Shown here one piece after another: positions 27,263 through 36,201 of a DNA stretch of 38,080 bases. The stretch is from a virus (taxonomy: Duplodnaviria > Caudoviricetes): positions 1 to 38,080 of IMG/VR virus record IMGVR_UViG_3300035180_000540; one strand, written 5' to 3'. How positions within the stretch are numbered: the first letter of the stretch is position 1; the number at the start of each line of letters is the position of its first letter. Position numbers and translations under genes: made by a program. The notes under the pieces were generated by a model that was not told the origin of the DNA, made no database searches, and saw only the letters and a program-made list of their open reading frames with translations.

Positions 27263-27303
27263 TTTTGGAATAAGCAATCATATAATAGGTTACCTTTAAG
27301 GTA
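27263..27303 (-). promoter_or_regulatory. Early promoter/operator box 3
   Basis: ttttggaataagcaatcatataataggttacctttaaggta; -10 TATGAT; palindrome TACCTT-T-AAGGTA. Confidence 0.75.
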
Positions 27304-27313
27304 TATTAATATA

Positions 27314-27467
27314 TTGTAATTCGAGATCAATTAAGATATAATAAAAAATCAGTTTAGCGTTATTCGTTACTGTTGCAGTGGTTAGCTTTTCGCCTTCTCT
27401 GACTACTGCATAAATCTCCAATCAAAATACAAAACATTTTAACTGCGTTCAACTTTTGGAGATTTTT
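27314..27467 (+). ncRNA. Candidate small RNA with its own promoter
   Basis: TTGTAA-17-TATAAT (27314-27342); 12-bp stem 27374-85/27399-410 with two G-U pairs; 10-bp inverted repeat 27412-21/27456-65; no convincing ORF. Confidence 0.45.
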
Positions 27468-27560
27468 GATATAATACACTTTGAAAGTTTTGTTAGGCGG
27501 TATTCACTACCTCCATAGCATTACCGCCTAGTAAAATTTATAAGTCTATGGAGGACTTCA
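27467..27560 (+). promoter_or_regulatory. Extended -10 promoter plus SD-pairing pseudoknot leader of the methyltransferase
   Basis: TGaTATAAT 27467-75; stem 27494-502/27522-30, extendable with G-U pairs; loop cctccatag 27510-18 complementary to ctatggagg 27546-54. Confidence 0.75.
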
Positions 27561-28889
27561 ATGCGTATAGCAACTCTCTTCTCAGGCATCGGCGCACCAG
27601 AACAAGCAATGCACCGAATTAATCCAAACTTTAAAACTATATTTGCGTGTGAATGGGATAAATTTGCACGAAAGAGTTATTCAGCGATCTATAATATAGA
27701 CGAGGCACATTTTCATAAAGATGTTCACGATATGGATGGCACACAGTATCAAGGTAAGGTAGATATCTTAGTAGGTGGATCACCATGCCAAGCTTTTAGT
27801 ATTGCAGGCCTTAGAAGTGGAACTAATGATGAAAGAGGACAATTAATCTATCAGTATATCCGTATAGTTGATGAAGTAAAAGCACCGATTATTGTCTATG
27901 AAAACGTTAAAGGTATGTTATCGATAGATGGTGGAAGGACTATAAAAGAATTTGTACAGGCGTTGCGTGATATTGGATATCATTGCCACTATGAAGTAGT
28001 AAATACTAAAGACTATGGAGTTCCACAAAATCGTGAACGTATCTTTTTAGTCGGATTTTTAGATCACGAGGCATATCTTCGTTTTAGTTTTGCACCGAAG
28101 CAAAAATTAGAGAAGCGATTAAAAGACGTTTTGGAAGATAGTGTGGATGAGAAGTATTATTTAAAAGATAGTACGATAGCTCAATTTACTGAAAAAACAG
28201 AACGTGCAAAAAGAGAAGGAAACGGATTTGCTTTTAAGCCATCAGTTGGAGATAATATAGCCTACTCAATCACTACAAAAGCAGGAGGAAGAGTAGACGA
28301 TAATTTTATTGATGTTATCGGGTTACTAGACTGCAAAGGCACAGATCAAATACGTAGAGTTTATGGTATTGATGGAGTTGCAGCGACGCTAACTACTATG
28401 CAGGGTGGTAATCAAGAGCCGAAGATATTGCAATTAGGTCGTGGTTTTAATAATGGTGGAGAACATAACATTTGTCCTACATTAACGAGATGTAGTTTTG
28501 AAAATAATAATTTTGTAAAAACTTGCTTACAAGAAATAACTCCAAAAATAGGAGCTATGAGAGGGCGTAATCATGAAAATCCTAAAAGTCGGTTAGTAGG
28601 TTTAGAAACTGTACAAATGATAGAAATGAACGAAAATGGAACGTCAAATTGTTTAACAACGGTACAAAAAGATAATTTAGTTGTTGAGCCTCAGCGTATC
28701 AGAAAACTTACTCCTCTTGAATGTTGGAGGTTACAAGATTTCCCTGACGAAGCACATAATAAAGCAAAAGCAGTGGGGGTATCTGATAGTCAGCTTTATA
28801 AACAAGCTGGAAATTCAATGTCAGTAAACGTGTTAGAAATGATATTTAGACAAATTATAAGCGGAGAAAATAGTGACTCGCTTTTTTAA
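27561..28889 (+). CDS. DNA (cytosine-5)-methyltransferase, orphan, with a long variable region
   Basis: LFSGIG, GGSPCQ, YENVKG, PQNRERIF, RKLTPLECWRLQDF and YKQAGNS motifs. Confidence 0.96.
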   Translation: MRIATLFSGIGAPEQAMHRINPNFKTIFACEWDKFARKSYSAIYNIDEAHFHKDVHDMDGTQYQGKVDILVGGSPCQAFSIAGLRSGTNDERGQLIYQYIRIVDEVKAPIIVYENVKGMLSIDGGRTIKEFVQALRDIGYHCHYEVVNTKDYGVPQNRERIFLVGFLDHEAYLRFSFAPKQKLEKRLKDVLEDSVDEKYYLKDSTIAQFTEKTERAKREGNGFAFKPSVGDNIAYSITTKAGGRVDDNFIDVIGLLDCKGTDQIRRVYGIDGVAATLTTMQGGNQEPKILQLGRGFNNGGEHNICPTLTRCSFENNNFVKTCLQEITPKIGAMRGRNHENPKSRLVGLETVQMIEMNENGTSNCLTTVQKDNLVVEPQRIRKLTPLECWRLQDFPDEAHNKAKAVGVSDSQLYKQAGNSMSVNVLEMIFRQIISGENSDSLF

Positions 28890-28920
28890 TAACAAAAAAA
28901 TATAAACAAAGGAAATAACA

Positions 28921-29136
28921 ATGAATGATAATATTAACCCGAATCATTATACGAGCATGAGTATTCCACCTAATGTTTACATAACAGCTAATGATTTATG
29001 CTGGGAAGTTGGTAACGTCGTGAAGTACATCTCTAGGTACGAGGGAAAGAATGGTTTAGAAGATTTGTTAAAAGCAAAGAAGTATATTGATTTATTAATT
29101 GAAAGAAAGTATCCAGATTTTAATAATGCGCTGTAA
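28921..29136 (+). CDS. DUF3310 family protein
   Basis: INPNHY..GNVVKYISR..GKNGLEDLLKAKKYI signature. Confidence 0.92.
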   Translation: MNDNINPNHYTSMSIPPNVYITANDLCWEVGNVVKYISRYEGKNGLEDLLKAKKYIDLLIERKYPDFNNAL

Positions 29137-29155
29137 CTACTTTATTTTGACAAAA

Positions 29156-29164
29156 TGTTATAAT
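29156..29164 (+). promoter_or_regulatory. Extended -10 promoter ahead of the packaging genes
   Basis: TGTTATAAT upstream of the HTH and terminase genes. Confidence 0.55.
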
Positions 29165-29186
29165 ACAACAACAAAAGGGATGAACA

Positions 29187-29390
29187 ATGAATACACCTGA
29201 AGCATCAAAGTATCTAAGGATATCTAGGGCGGAGCTAATCAAACTCACAAACACTGGACGAATCAAAGCAAAACATGGGATTACTGTTACTTGGGATAAA
29301 GAGGCACTCGATAAATATTTAGCGAATAAGCAAGGTAAGAATGTATTACCTAGTATGAGTTCGTGCGATGTCGTAGCTGTGGGAGCTTAA
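29187..29390 (+). CDS. Excisionase-type helix-turn-helix DNA-binding protein
   Basis: MNTPEASKYLRISRAELIKL...G.I.A..W...ALDKYL pattern. Confidence 0.75.
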   Translation: MNTPEASKYLRISRAELIKLTNTGRIKAKHGITVTWDKEALDKYLANKQGKNVLPSMSSCDVVAVGA

Positions 29391-29392
29391 AC

Positions 29393-29785
29393 GTGGCTGA
29401 AAAGAAGCCTCTTACTCAAAAACAAGAAAATTTTTGTTTATCATACATACAAAATGGTAATGCAGCTGAGTCATATAGGAAATGCTACAATACTGAAAAT
29501 ATGAAAACAGAGAGTGTTTATCGTAAAGCTACTGAATTAATGGCAACCGTCACTATTACGTCACGCATTAAAGAGCTACGAGATAAAGCCGAATCTAAAG
29601 CTATTATCACACTAGAACAGCGTAAGGAATTACTATCAAAGTTTGCATGGGAAGAAGAATCAGATAAGGCTATGAAAGCTATCGACCTACTTAATAAGAT
29701 GGACTCAGTGTATGTTCAAAAGCAGGACATAACAACAAGTGGCACAGTGAGTATATTTTTACCAACTCCTGATAAAGATAAGTAA
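29393..29785 (+). CDS. terS: Terminase small subunit (start revised from 29363 to GTG 29393)
   Basis: LTQKQENFCLSY..GNAAESYRKCY..I..RIKELR; GGGAG SD; directly before terL. Confidence 0.9.
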   Translation: MAEKKPLTQKQENFCLSYIQNGNAAESYRKCYNTENMKTESVYRKATELMATVTITSRIKELRDKAESKAIITLEQRKELLSKFAWEEESDKAMKAIDLLNKMDSVYVQKQDITTSGTVSIFLPTPDKDK

Positions 29786-31116
29786 TGGCAGATTTAGAGT
29801 GGAGACCTACACCGAAGCAAAAGTTAGCATTAGAAACAACAGCTAAGTATATTTTGTTCGCAGGTTCTCGTGGTGGTGGTAAGACTGATGCTTCATTAAT
29901 GCAGGTATTTATAAACAATAATCATATGAACCCACACTTTAGAGTATTAGTATTAAGAAAAAATACACAAGATTTATCGGACTACATTGCTAGAGCATGG
30001 CGTGTATATGAAAAGTTTGGTGCTAAGAAAGCAGGAGTATTGCCGGTATTTAAATTCCCTAGTGGTGCTACTATCATCACAGGGCATCTTGCATCAATGG
30101 ACGCTTATGAGCACTACCAAGGACAAGAGTTTCAGCTTATCCTAATTGAAGAGCTTACACACATAGCATCACAGTTACTATTTGAAAAGATACTTGGCTC
30201 ATTACGATCTACTATTGATGGTATCGATACAAGGTTATTCGCCACTACCAATCCGGGAGGACAAGGACATGAGTGGGTTAAAGAGTATTGGAATATTGGC
30301 AGTGGAATAGTAGATAAAAAGTTTGATGATAATGGACTAAGTAAAATCTACATTCATGCTAACATTGACGATAACCCACACCTATTCGATGCTGACCCTG
30401 AATATGTTAGTTACTTAGATAACCTACCAGAAGATTTAAGACAGAAGTGGAGGTTTGGAAGCTTTGAGGACTTCGATACTCCTGCACAGTTCTACGCACT
30501 ATCACTTACTAAGGCAAAGGCACAAGGTCGAATTATGTCTATACCAATAGTTAGCTCATTGCGTACATTCGCCGCTTTTGACTTAGGTATGAGAGATCAG
30601 ATGGTAGTATGGGTAGCACAGATATTTGGTAAAGAAGTACGTGTAGTGAAGTGTTATGCTAATCGTGGGGTAAACATCGAGCATTATGCAAATTGGTTAA
30701 ATGATCTAAAAGATGCACATGATCTACGCTTTGAAAAGGTATTCGTGCCACATGATGCTAACGTGAGAGAACTTACAAGTGATGGTACACGATTTGATAA
30801 GATGAAACAGCTAGGCATGAAGCCTGACCTATTACAACGTGCGGATGTACTTAGTGGGATTGAAACAGCAAGGGATTTACTAACTCATTGCTACTTTGAT
30901 GAAGAGGGATGCAAGGATGGGTTACGTGCGCTTAGGGCATATGGTAGAGAATTTGATAGTAAAAATAATAGATATAAAGATAATCCACTACATGACTGGT
31001 CGAGCGACTATGCAGATTCATTTAGATACTTAGCACAAGGGTTATTAAAATCATCTGCAATACGTACTGTTCAACCCTCCGCACCAGTACCTATTCAATC
31101 ATGGATGGGGAATTAA
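29785..31116 (+). CDS. terL: Terminase large subunit
   Basis: GSRGGGKT, LIEELT, TTNPGG, FDLG, PHD and HDWSSDYADSFRY motifs. Confidence 0.95.
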   Translation: MADLEWRPTPKQKLALETTAKYILFAGSRGGGKTDASLMQVFINNNHMNPHFRVLVLRKNTQDLSDYIARAWRVYEKFGAKKAGVLPVFKFPSGATIITGHLASMDAYEHYQGQEFQLILIEELTHIASQLLFEKILGSLRSTIDGIDTRLFATTNPGGQGHEWVKEYWNIGSGIVDKKFDDNGLSKIYIHANIDDNPHLFDADPEYVSYLDNLPEDLRQKWRFGSFEDFDTPAQFYALSLTKAKAQGRIMSIPIVSSLRTFAAFDLGMRDQMVVWVAQIFGKEVRVVKCYANRGVNIEHYANWLNDLKDAHDLRFEKVFVPHDANVRELTSDGTRFDKMKQLGMKPDLLQRADVLSGIETARDLLTHCYFDEEGCKDGLRALRAYGREFDSKNNRYKDNPLHDWSSDYADSFRYLAQGLLKSSAIRTVQPSAPVPIQSWMGN

Positions 31117-31166
31117 CTTTATACGCTATAATTGTACAACTGAATTAAATATAAATAAACGGGGAT

Positions 31167-33365
31167 ATGATGGATATTATCAAAACACTACCTATTGATA
31201 TGCAAGAAGAGGGAAAAGATGGACTATTAAAGCTTGCAAGAAGCAGGGCAGTATTAGCATCATCATATTGGCGTAACACCTATACTATGTCAAAAGAGGA
31301 TACGTCTTTCGCATATGGAGACCAATGGGATTCTAAAGCAATGGAGTCACGATCTGGTAGACCTACATTAACTCTTAATAAGCTAGGGCAATTTGTATAC
31401 CGATTAGTAGGAGATCAAAGACAAAACGTTCAGTCTATTAAACTTATGCCTTCTGGTAATTTCGATGGCAAGTTAAAAAACACTGATGCTACAAAAGACT
31501 ACAAGATGAGCGAAGTGTTAGAAGGTCTTGTGCGCAATATAGAGCTAATCTCTAATGCACCATACCAATATAAGACATCATTTCAACACGCAGTAGAGGG
31601 TGGCTTTGGGTGGCTTCGTGTCCTTACCGACTATGCAGAGAATGATAGCTTTGACCTTGACTTAAAAATTCAAGCTGTACGTCATAGATATTCTGTAACT
31701 ATTGACCCTGATGCTAATGAACCAGATAGTAGTGATATGAATTATGCGTTTATCACTGAGCGTATGAGTAGTGACGAGTTTTATAAACGATATCCCGGAA
31801 AGTCTAGAGGAGAACTACAAAACATAGAATCATCCGCAGTGTCTTTTTGGGGAGATGATAAAACCGTAGTAGTATCTGAGTATTTTGTAAGACAGCCAGT
31901 TGTAAGAGAATTACTACTTATGAATGACGGCTCTACCTATTGGATGGATGAAGTTAAAGACATAGTAGATGAAATGGCAAGAATGGGTGTAAAAGTAGCT
32001 CGTACTCGTAAAGTTAATACTCACAAAGTTCTATGGTATAAAATTACAGCAGGTGATATTTTAGAAGGACCTAAAGAGTGGGTAGGTTCTACAATTCCAA
32101 TCGTTCCAGTATTCGGTAAAGAGATTGCACTAAATGGTAAGAGAGAGTTTAGAGGTTTAATCCACGATGCTAAAGATGCACAACGTATGCACAACTATTG
32201 GATGAGTGCAGCAACAGAACGTGTAGCACTTGCCCCTAAATCTCCATGGGTTGCTCCTGCTGAGGCGATTGAAGGTTTTGAAGATCAATGGAATACAGCG
32301 AATATAACAAACTGGTCCGTACTGAAATATAATGAGCTACCAAGTGGAGCAAGACCAATACGAACAGACCCACCACCGATGCCGAGCCAAGAGCTACAAA
32401 TCGCCGCACTTAGTGAGCAAGGTATTAAGTCATCAATAGGACTATATGATGCAACACTCGGAAAGAATAGTAATGAAACAAGTGGTATCGCTATTCAAAC
32501 ACGACAACAACAAGGAGATACAGCTACATTCGTATTTACTGATAATCTAAATCTTGCTATCCAACGTATTGGAAAGATATTAGTTGAGGCTATACCAGCA
32601 GTATATGATGGTAATCGTGTTATTCGTATGCACTTCGCGGATGGTCAAGGTGATTTTGTAGAGATAAATAAGTCAATAAAAGATGAACAAACAGGCGAAA
32701 CGGTAATAGTCCACGACTTAGGTATGGGTAAATATGATGTAGCAGTTACGACTGGTCCACAATATCTTACACAACGACAAGAAGCAGCAAGTACAATGCT
32801 TGAATTTGCAAAAATTGTACCACAAGCAGGTCAAGTAGGTGCAGACCTTATCGCTTCAAACATGGATGCACCAAACATGGATATCATGGCAGACCGTCTT
32901 AAAAAGCTATTACCACCTAATATGCTATCACCTGAAGAACAAAAAAGTGTGCAAGAAGGACAACAGCCTCCACCGCCAAGTCCTGAACAACAACAAGCAC
33001 AAGCACAGCTCCAAGCAGAACAACAAAAGATGCAGGGCGACCAACAGATGATGCAGATCAAATTAGAGATTGAGAAAGTTAAATTACAACAAGCCGAAGT
33101 ATCTGCGCAACAAGCACAAGTATCAGGACAGCAAGAGATAGCTAAGAATAGTGCAAGTGGAGATCAGTCACAAGATGTACAAATGATTCAAAGTATGGTA
33201 CATGATGCAGTAGCTCAAGCAATGGCGTCTATGATTTCACATTCAAGACAACAACAAGCTCAAGCAGCACAACAAGCACAAGCACAAACAGAACCTCAAT
33301 CACCGCAAGAAGAAGCTACAGAACCTACACAAGAAGCACCGCAGCAAGAACAAATAGAGCAATAA
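31167..33365 (+). CDS. Portal protein, P22-like, with a Gln-rich C-terminal barrel
   Basis: GDQW..RPTLTLNK, IPIVPVFG, KDAQRMHNY, ETSGIAI and KYDVAV..GP...TQRQE motifs. Confidence 0.93.
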   Translation: MMDIIKTLPIDMQEEGKDGLLKLARSRAVLASSYWRNTYTMSKEDTSFAYGDQWDSKAMESRSGRPTLTLNKLGQFVYRLVGDQRQNVQSIKLMPSGNFDGKLKNTDATKDYKMSEVLEGLVRNIELISNAPYQYKTSFQHAVEGGFGWLRVLTDYAENDSFDLDLKIQAVRHRYSVTIDPDANEPDSSDMNYAFITERMSSDEFYKRYPGKSRGELQNIESSAVSFWGDDKTVVVSEYFVRQPVVRELLLMNDGSTYWMDEVKDIVDEMARMGVKVARTRKVNTHKVLWYKITAGDILEGPKEWVGSTIPIVPVFGKEIALNGKREFRGLIHDAKDAQRMHNYWMSAATERVALAPKSPWVAPAEAIEGFEDQWNTANITNWSVLKYNELPSGARPIRTDPPPMPSQELQIAALSEQGIKSSIGLYDATLGKNSNETSGIAIQTRQQQGDTATFVFTDNLNLAIQRIGKILVEAIPAVYDGNRVIRMHFADGQGDFVEINKSIKDEQTGETVIVHDLGMGKYDVAVTTGPQYLTQRQEAASTMLEFAKIVPQAGQVGADLIASNMDAPNMDIMADRLKKLLPPNMLSPEEQKSVQEGQQPPPPSPEQQQAQAQLQAEQQKMQGDQQMMQIKLEIEKVKLQQAEVSAQQAQVSGQQEIAKNSASGDQSQDVQMIQSMVHDAVAQAMASMISHSRQQQAQAAQQAQAQTEPQSPQEEATEPTQEAPQQEQIEQ

Positions 33366-33375
33366 CGCTCTATTT
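33352..33375. terminator. Hairpin at the end of the portal gene, possible intrinsic terminator
   Basis: aaatagagc-N6-gctctattt perfect 9-bp stem. Confidence 0.5.
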
Positions 33376-33429
33376 CCCACTCATTTAAGAATAACTTAAT
33401 AACTAATTACAACAAAAATAAACAAATAG

Positions 33430-33438
33430 TGTTATAAT
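33430..33438 (+). promoter_or_regulatory. Extended -10 promoter for scaffold and coat
   Basis: TAAACAAA-N3-TGTTATAAT, matching the 8415 context. Confidence 0.6.
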
Positions 33439-33482
33439 ATTATTGTAACAAAAAACCAACGACCTATAAAAGGGGAACGAAT

Positions 33483-34262
33483 ATGGAAAAAGATACCAGT
33501 GGTTTTACCATTGAGAGTAACAAACCAATCATTGAAGAAGTTATAGAACCCGTTATTGAAGCGGATGAAGTAGCTGCTCCATCGAGTGAAGAAGAAGTGG
33601 AAGCGGTGAATGAAGCACCAAAGCCACAAAGTAAATCACGCGCACAAAAACGGATTGAAACACTCATTCAGGAGAAACACGACTTAGCAAGAAGGTTGCA
33701 AGATGCAGAGGCAAAAGCAGCTACTCCAAAAGCTAAAGAATTGGACCCAGATTCTTTCGAGGATTATGACGATTACTTAGCAGCAGTAGCAGAAGAGAAG
33801 CCTTCAGAAGTAAAAATAACTCAACCTATCATAGATGATATGGCAGTTGTTATGGAACAAATCAATGAGAAGTTTGAAGATAGCAGAGAGCTACATGATG
33901 ACTTTGATGATAAGGTAACAAACCCATCTTTAGCATTTACTAATGACCTTTTAAAGATGATTAACGAGAGCGATGAAGCAGGTGAAGTCGCATATTACCT
34001 CGCAAATAACCTGAAAGAAACTAAGCGTATTTCACAACTTTCACAAGGGAAGATGGCTATTGAAATTGGAAAGATTGAATTAAAACTTAATCATCCTAAA
34101 GAAGTAGAGAAACCTTTACCTAAAAAGATTACGCAAGCACAAGACCCAATCAATCCAGTAGGTGGTGCCAATGGAGCACCTAGAACAATCTATGAGGCTA
34201 CAACTCAACATGAGTATGAAGCAATGCGTAGAGCTACGTCCAAGTCTAACGGCTGGGCATAA
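33483..34262 (+). CDS. Capsid scaffolding protein
   Basis: Acidic and helical; QKRIETL, EVAYYLANN and PINPVGG motifs; between portal and coat. Confidence 0.85.
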   Translation: MEKDTSGFTIESNKPIIEEVIEPVIEADEVAAPSSEEEVEAVNEAPKPQSKSRAQKRIETLIQEKHDLARRLQDAEAKAATPKAKELDPDSFEDYDDYLAAVAEEKPSEVKITQPIIDDMAVVMEQINEKFEDSRELHDDFDDKVTNPSLAFTNDLLKMINESDEAGEVAYYLANNLKETKRISQLSQGKMAIEIGKIELKLNHPKEVEKPLPKKITQAQDPINPVGGANGAPRTIYEATTQHEYEAMRRATSKSNGWA

Positions 34263-34272
34263 AGGAAATTAA

Positions 34273-35553
34273 ATGCCACAAACAACTGGTGTCGGTGGAG
34301 TATTACTCACAAGTGACCTAATTCTAAAAGAAATGATGTTTCAATTCAAAAATAATCTTGTTGCGTGTAAACGCGTATATCGTGACCTTGAAAAACGTAT
34401 GGTTGCAGGTGTTGGTAATGCTGTAACTATTAAAAAACCATTTAAGGTTACATCAACAGAAGGTCGTACTATCGGTATTCAACCATTAGTAGATCAGTCA
34501 ATTACATTAACAATTAATCGTCAGCGTAATATTGGTTTGACTTTTACTATTCAAGACCTTTCATTATCAATCGATGAATTTTCAAACCGTTATATTATGC
34601 CAGCAGTTGGAGAAATTGCTACACAAATGGAGCTATCAGTATTGACTGCTGCTAAAGAAGCATACTTTATGACTGGAACTGTTGGTGCTGATTTATCTTA
34701 CTCTGGTTTTGCATTAACTAAAGCACAAATGAATGGTGTTGCTATACCTGATGAGGGTACTGGTATGCGTTCTGCACTTATCAATGACATGGATGCAGCA
34801 AATATCTCTAACTCATTAGCTACATTGTTCGCTGGTGGTGGTAGTCTTGCAAAAGATTCAATTCAAAAAGGTTACATGGGACCACTAAGCGGTATGGAGT
34901 TCTACTCTAGTTCATTAGTACCTACGCATACAGTTGGAAATTACAGTGGTACTCCATTATCAAATAATGCAACAGCTCAAACTGGTAGCTCTATTCTTAC
35001 TAAGGGGTGGACGGCTTCTGTTACAGGAATTTTACGCAAGTATGATACTATTACTTTTGCAGGTGTTTATGAAGTAAACCCAATCACAAAGGTTTCAACT
35101 GGACGCTTACAAACATTTACAATAATGGCAGATGCAAATAGTGATGCGAGTGGTTTAGCTACATTAAGTGTAAGTCCTTCTATTAATGATGGTACATTAA
35201 CAACTGTTGATACAGAGGGTACAACTATTTCTTTGGCTGCATATAAAAATGTATCGGCTGCAATTGCAAATAATGCATCAATTACTGTAATGGGACTTGC
35301 AAACGGTGTTTATCGTATGAACTTCTATATGCACAAAAATGCAATTGCACTATGTGTACCATCTATGGAGCTTCCAAGTTCAGCAGTAGTAGCAGAGCGT
35401 ATCACAGACAGCGAAAGTGGATTAACTCTTTCACTTACTAAAGGTTATGATATTAATGCTCATAAAGAGATCACACGTATTGATGCAATTTGGGGAACTA
35501 AACTTATGAACCCTGAACTAATCTTCAAACAATATACAGCGAAAATCGCTTAA
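34273..35553 (+). CDS. Major capsid protein, P22 coat family
   Basis: G..VTIKKP, FSNRYIMPA, D.ITFAGVY.VNP and RIDAIWG motifs; 426 aa. Confidence 0.92.
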   Translation: MPQTTGVGGVLLTSDLILKEMMFQFKNNLVACKRVYRDLEKRMVAGVGNAVTIKKPFKVTSTEGRTIGIQPLVDQSITLTINRQRNIGLTFTIQDLSLSIDEFSNRYIMPAVGEIATQMELSVLTAAKEAYFMTGTVGADLSYSGFALTKAQMNGVAIPDEGTGMRSALINDMDAANISNSLATLFAGGGSLAKDSIQKGYMGPLSGMEFYSSSLVPTHTVGNYSGTPLSNNATAQTGSSILTKGWTASVTGILRKYDTITFAGVYEVNPITKVSTGRLQTFTIMADANSDASGLATLSVSPSINDGTLTTVDTEGTTISLAAYKNVSAAIANNASITVMGLANGVYRMNFYMHKNAIALCVPSMELPSSAVVAERITDSESGLTLSLTKGYDINAHKEITRIDAIWGTKLMNPELIFKQYTAKIA

Positions 35554-35554
35554 T

Positions 35555-35586
35555 TGATCGTCCTCTCTTTGGAGGGGATTATTCAA
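35555..35586 (+). terminator. Hairpin after the coat gene
   Basis: tcctctc-tttg-gagggga stem with a weak T tail. Confidence 0.5.
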
Positions 35587-35608
35587 CTAAACAAAACAAA
35601 GGATAAAC

Positions 35609-35887
35609 ATGAACCCATTAGCTTATTGGATGTATAACATTAAAACCGCAGAGGCAAAACTATTTAATAGTGCAGATGAATATGTAGAGGAAGAATGGGC
35701 TGATACACCTGCATTATGTGACGAGCAAATTACTCCACAAGAAGAAGAAGCACAAGCAAATCGTATCGTACTTAAAGAGGAAGCTACTGCATTGGGGCTT
35801 GAATTTTCAAGTAATATCAAAACTGCAAAACTTATCGATATGATTGTAGTTGCTAAAAGTAGCAGTATCGCACCAGAAGTCGAGTAA
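35609..35887 (+). CDS. Small protein with a C-terminal HeH/LEM-like motif
   Basis: W.DTP motif, then LKEEATALGLEFSSNIKTAKLIDMI. Confidence 0.65.
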   Translation: MNPLAYWMYNIKTAEAKLFNSADEYVEEEWADTPALCDEQITPQEEEAQANRIVLKEEATALGLEFSSNIKTAKLIDMIVVAKSSSIAPEVE

Positions 35888-35898
35888 GGGTAATCAAC

Positions 35899-36201
35899 AT
35901 GGAAAAGACAACCGAACAGATGATACAAGACAAGGGGCTTAACGCTCCAAGACTCACTCCAACATTGATTGATGAAACCATCGTAAGTGAACAATACTAT
36001 GTTTTTCCAAATACAACTTTGACAGTTTGTAGATTGGAATTAAAAAATGGTTTTAGTGTAACAGGTGAATCTGCCGCTGTATCGATGGCTAATTTTGATG
36101 AAGAGATTGGGCGTAAAGTTGCACGAGAAAATGCACGAGACAAGATTTGGACTTTAGAGGGATACCTACTTAAGCAAAAACTATTCGATACAGGAAACTA
36201 A
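35899..36201 (+). CDS. Gp49 family phage protein (N4 gp49 / Sf6 gp66-like)
   Basis: APRLTP..LTVC..LKNGFSVTGESA.VS..NFDEEIG..KIWTLEGYLL signature. Confidence 0.93.
   Translation: MEKTTEQMIQDKGLNAPRLTPTLIDETIVSEQYYVFPNTTLTVCRLELKNGFSVTGESAAVSMANFDEEIGRKVARENARDKIWTLEGYLLKQKLFDTGN

Noticed and set aside
20054-27303. Repeated boxes as a CRISPR mini-array
   Set aside because: The copies are kilobases apart and each sits at an operon start; there is no repeat-spacer periodicity.
27485-27560. Calling the methyltransferase leader a known SAM-II/SAM-V riboswitch
   Set aside because: Topology and gene context are suggestive, but I could not match the conserved loop nucleotides by eye; it needs an Infernal search.
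32940-33365. Gln/Ala/Pro-rich portal tail as a novel repeat element
   Set aside because: It fits the helical barrel and disordered C-terminus known in P22-type portals.
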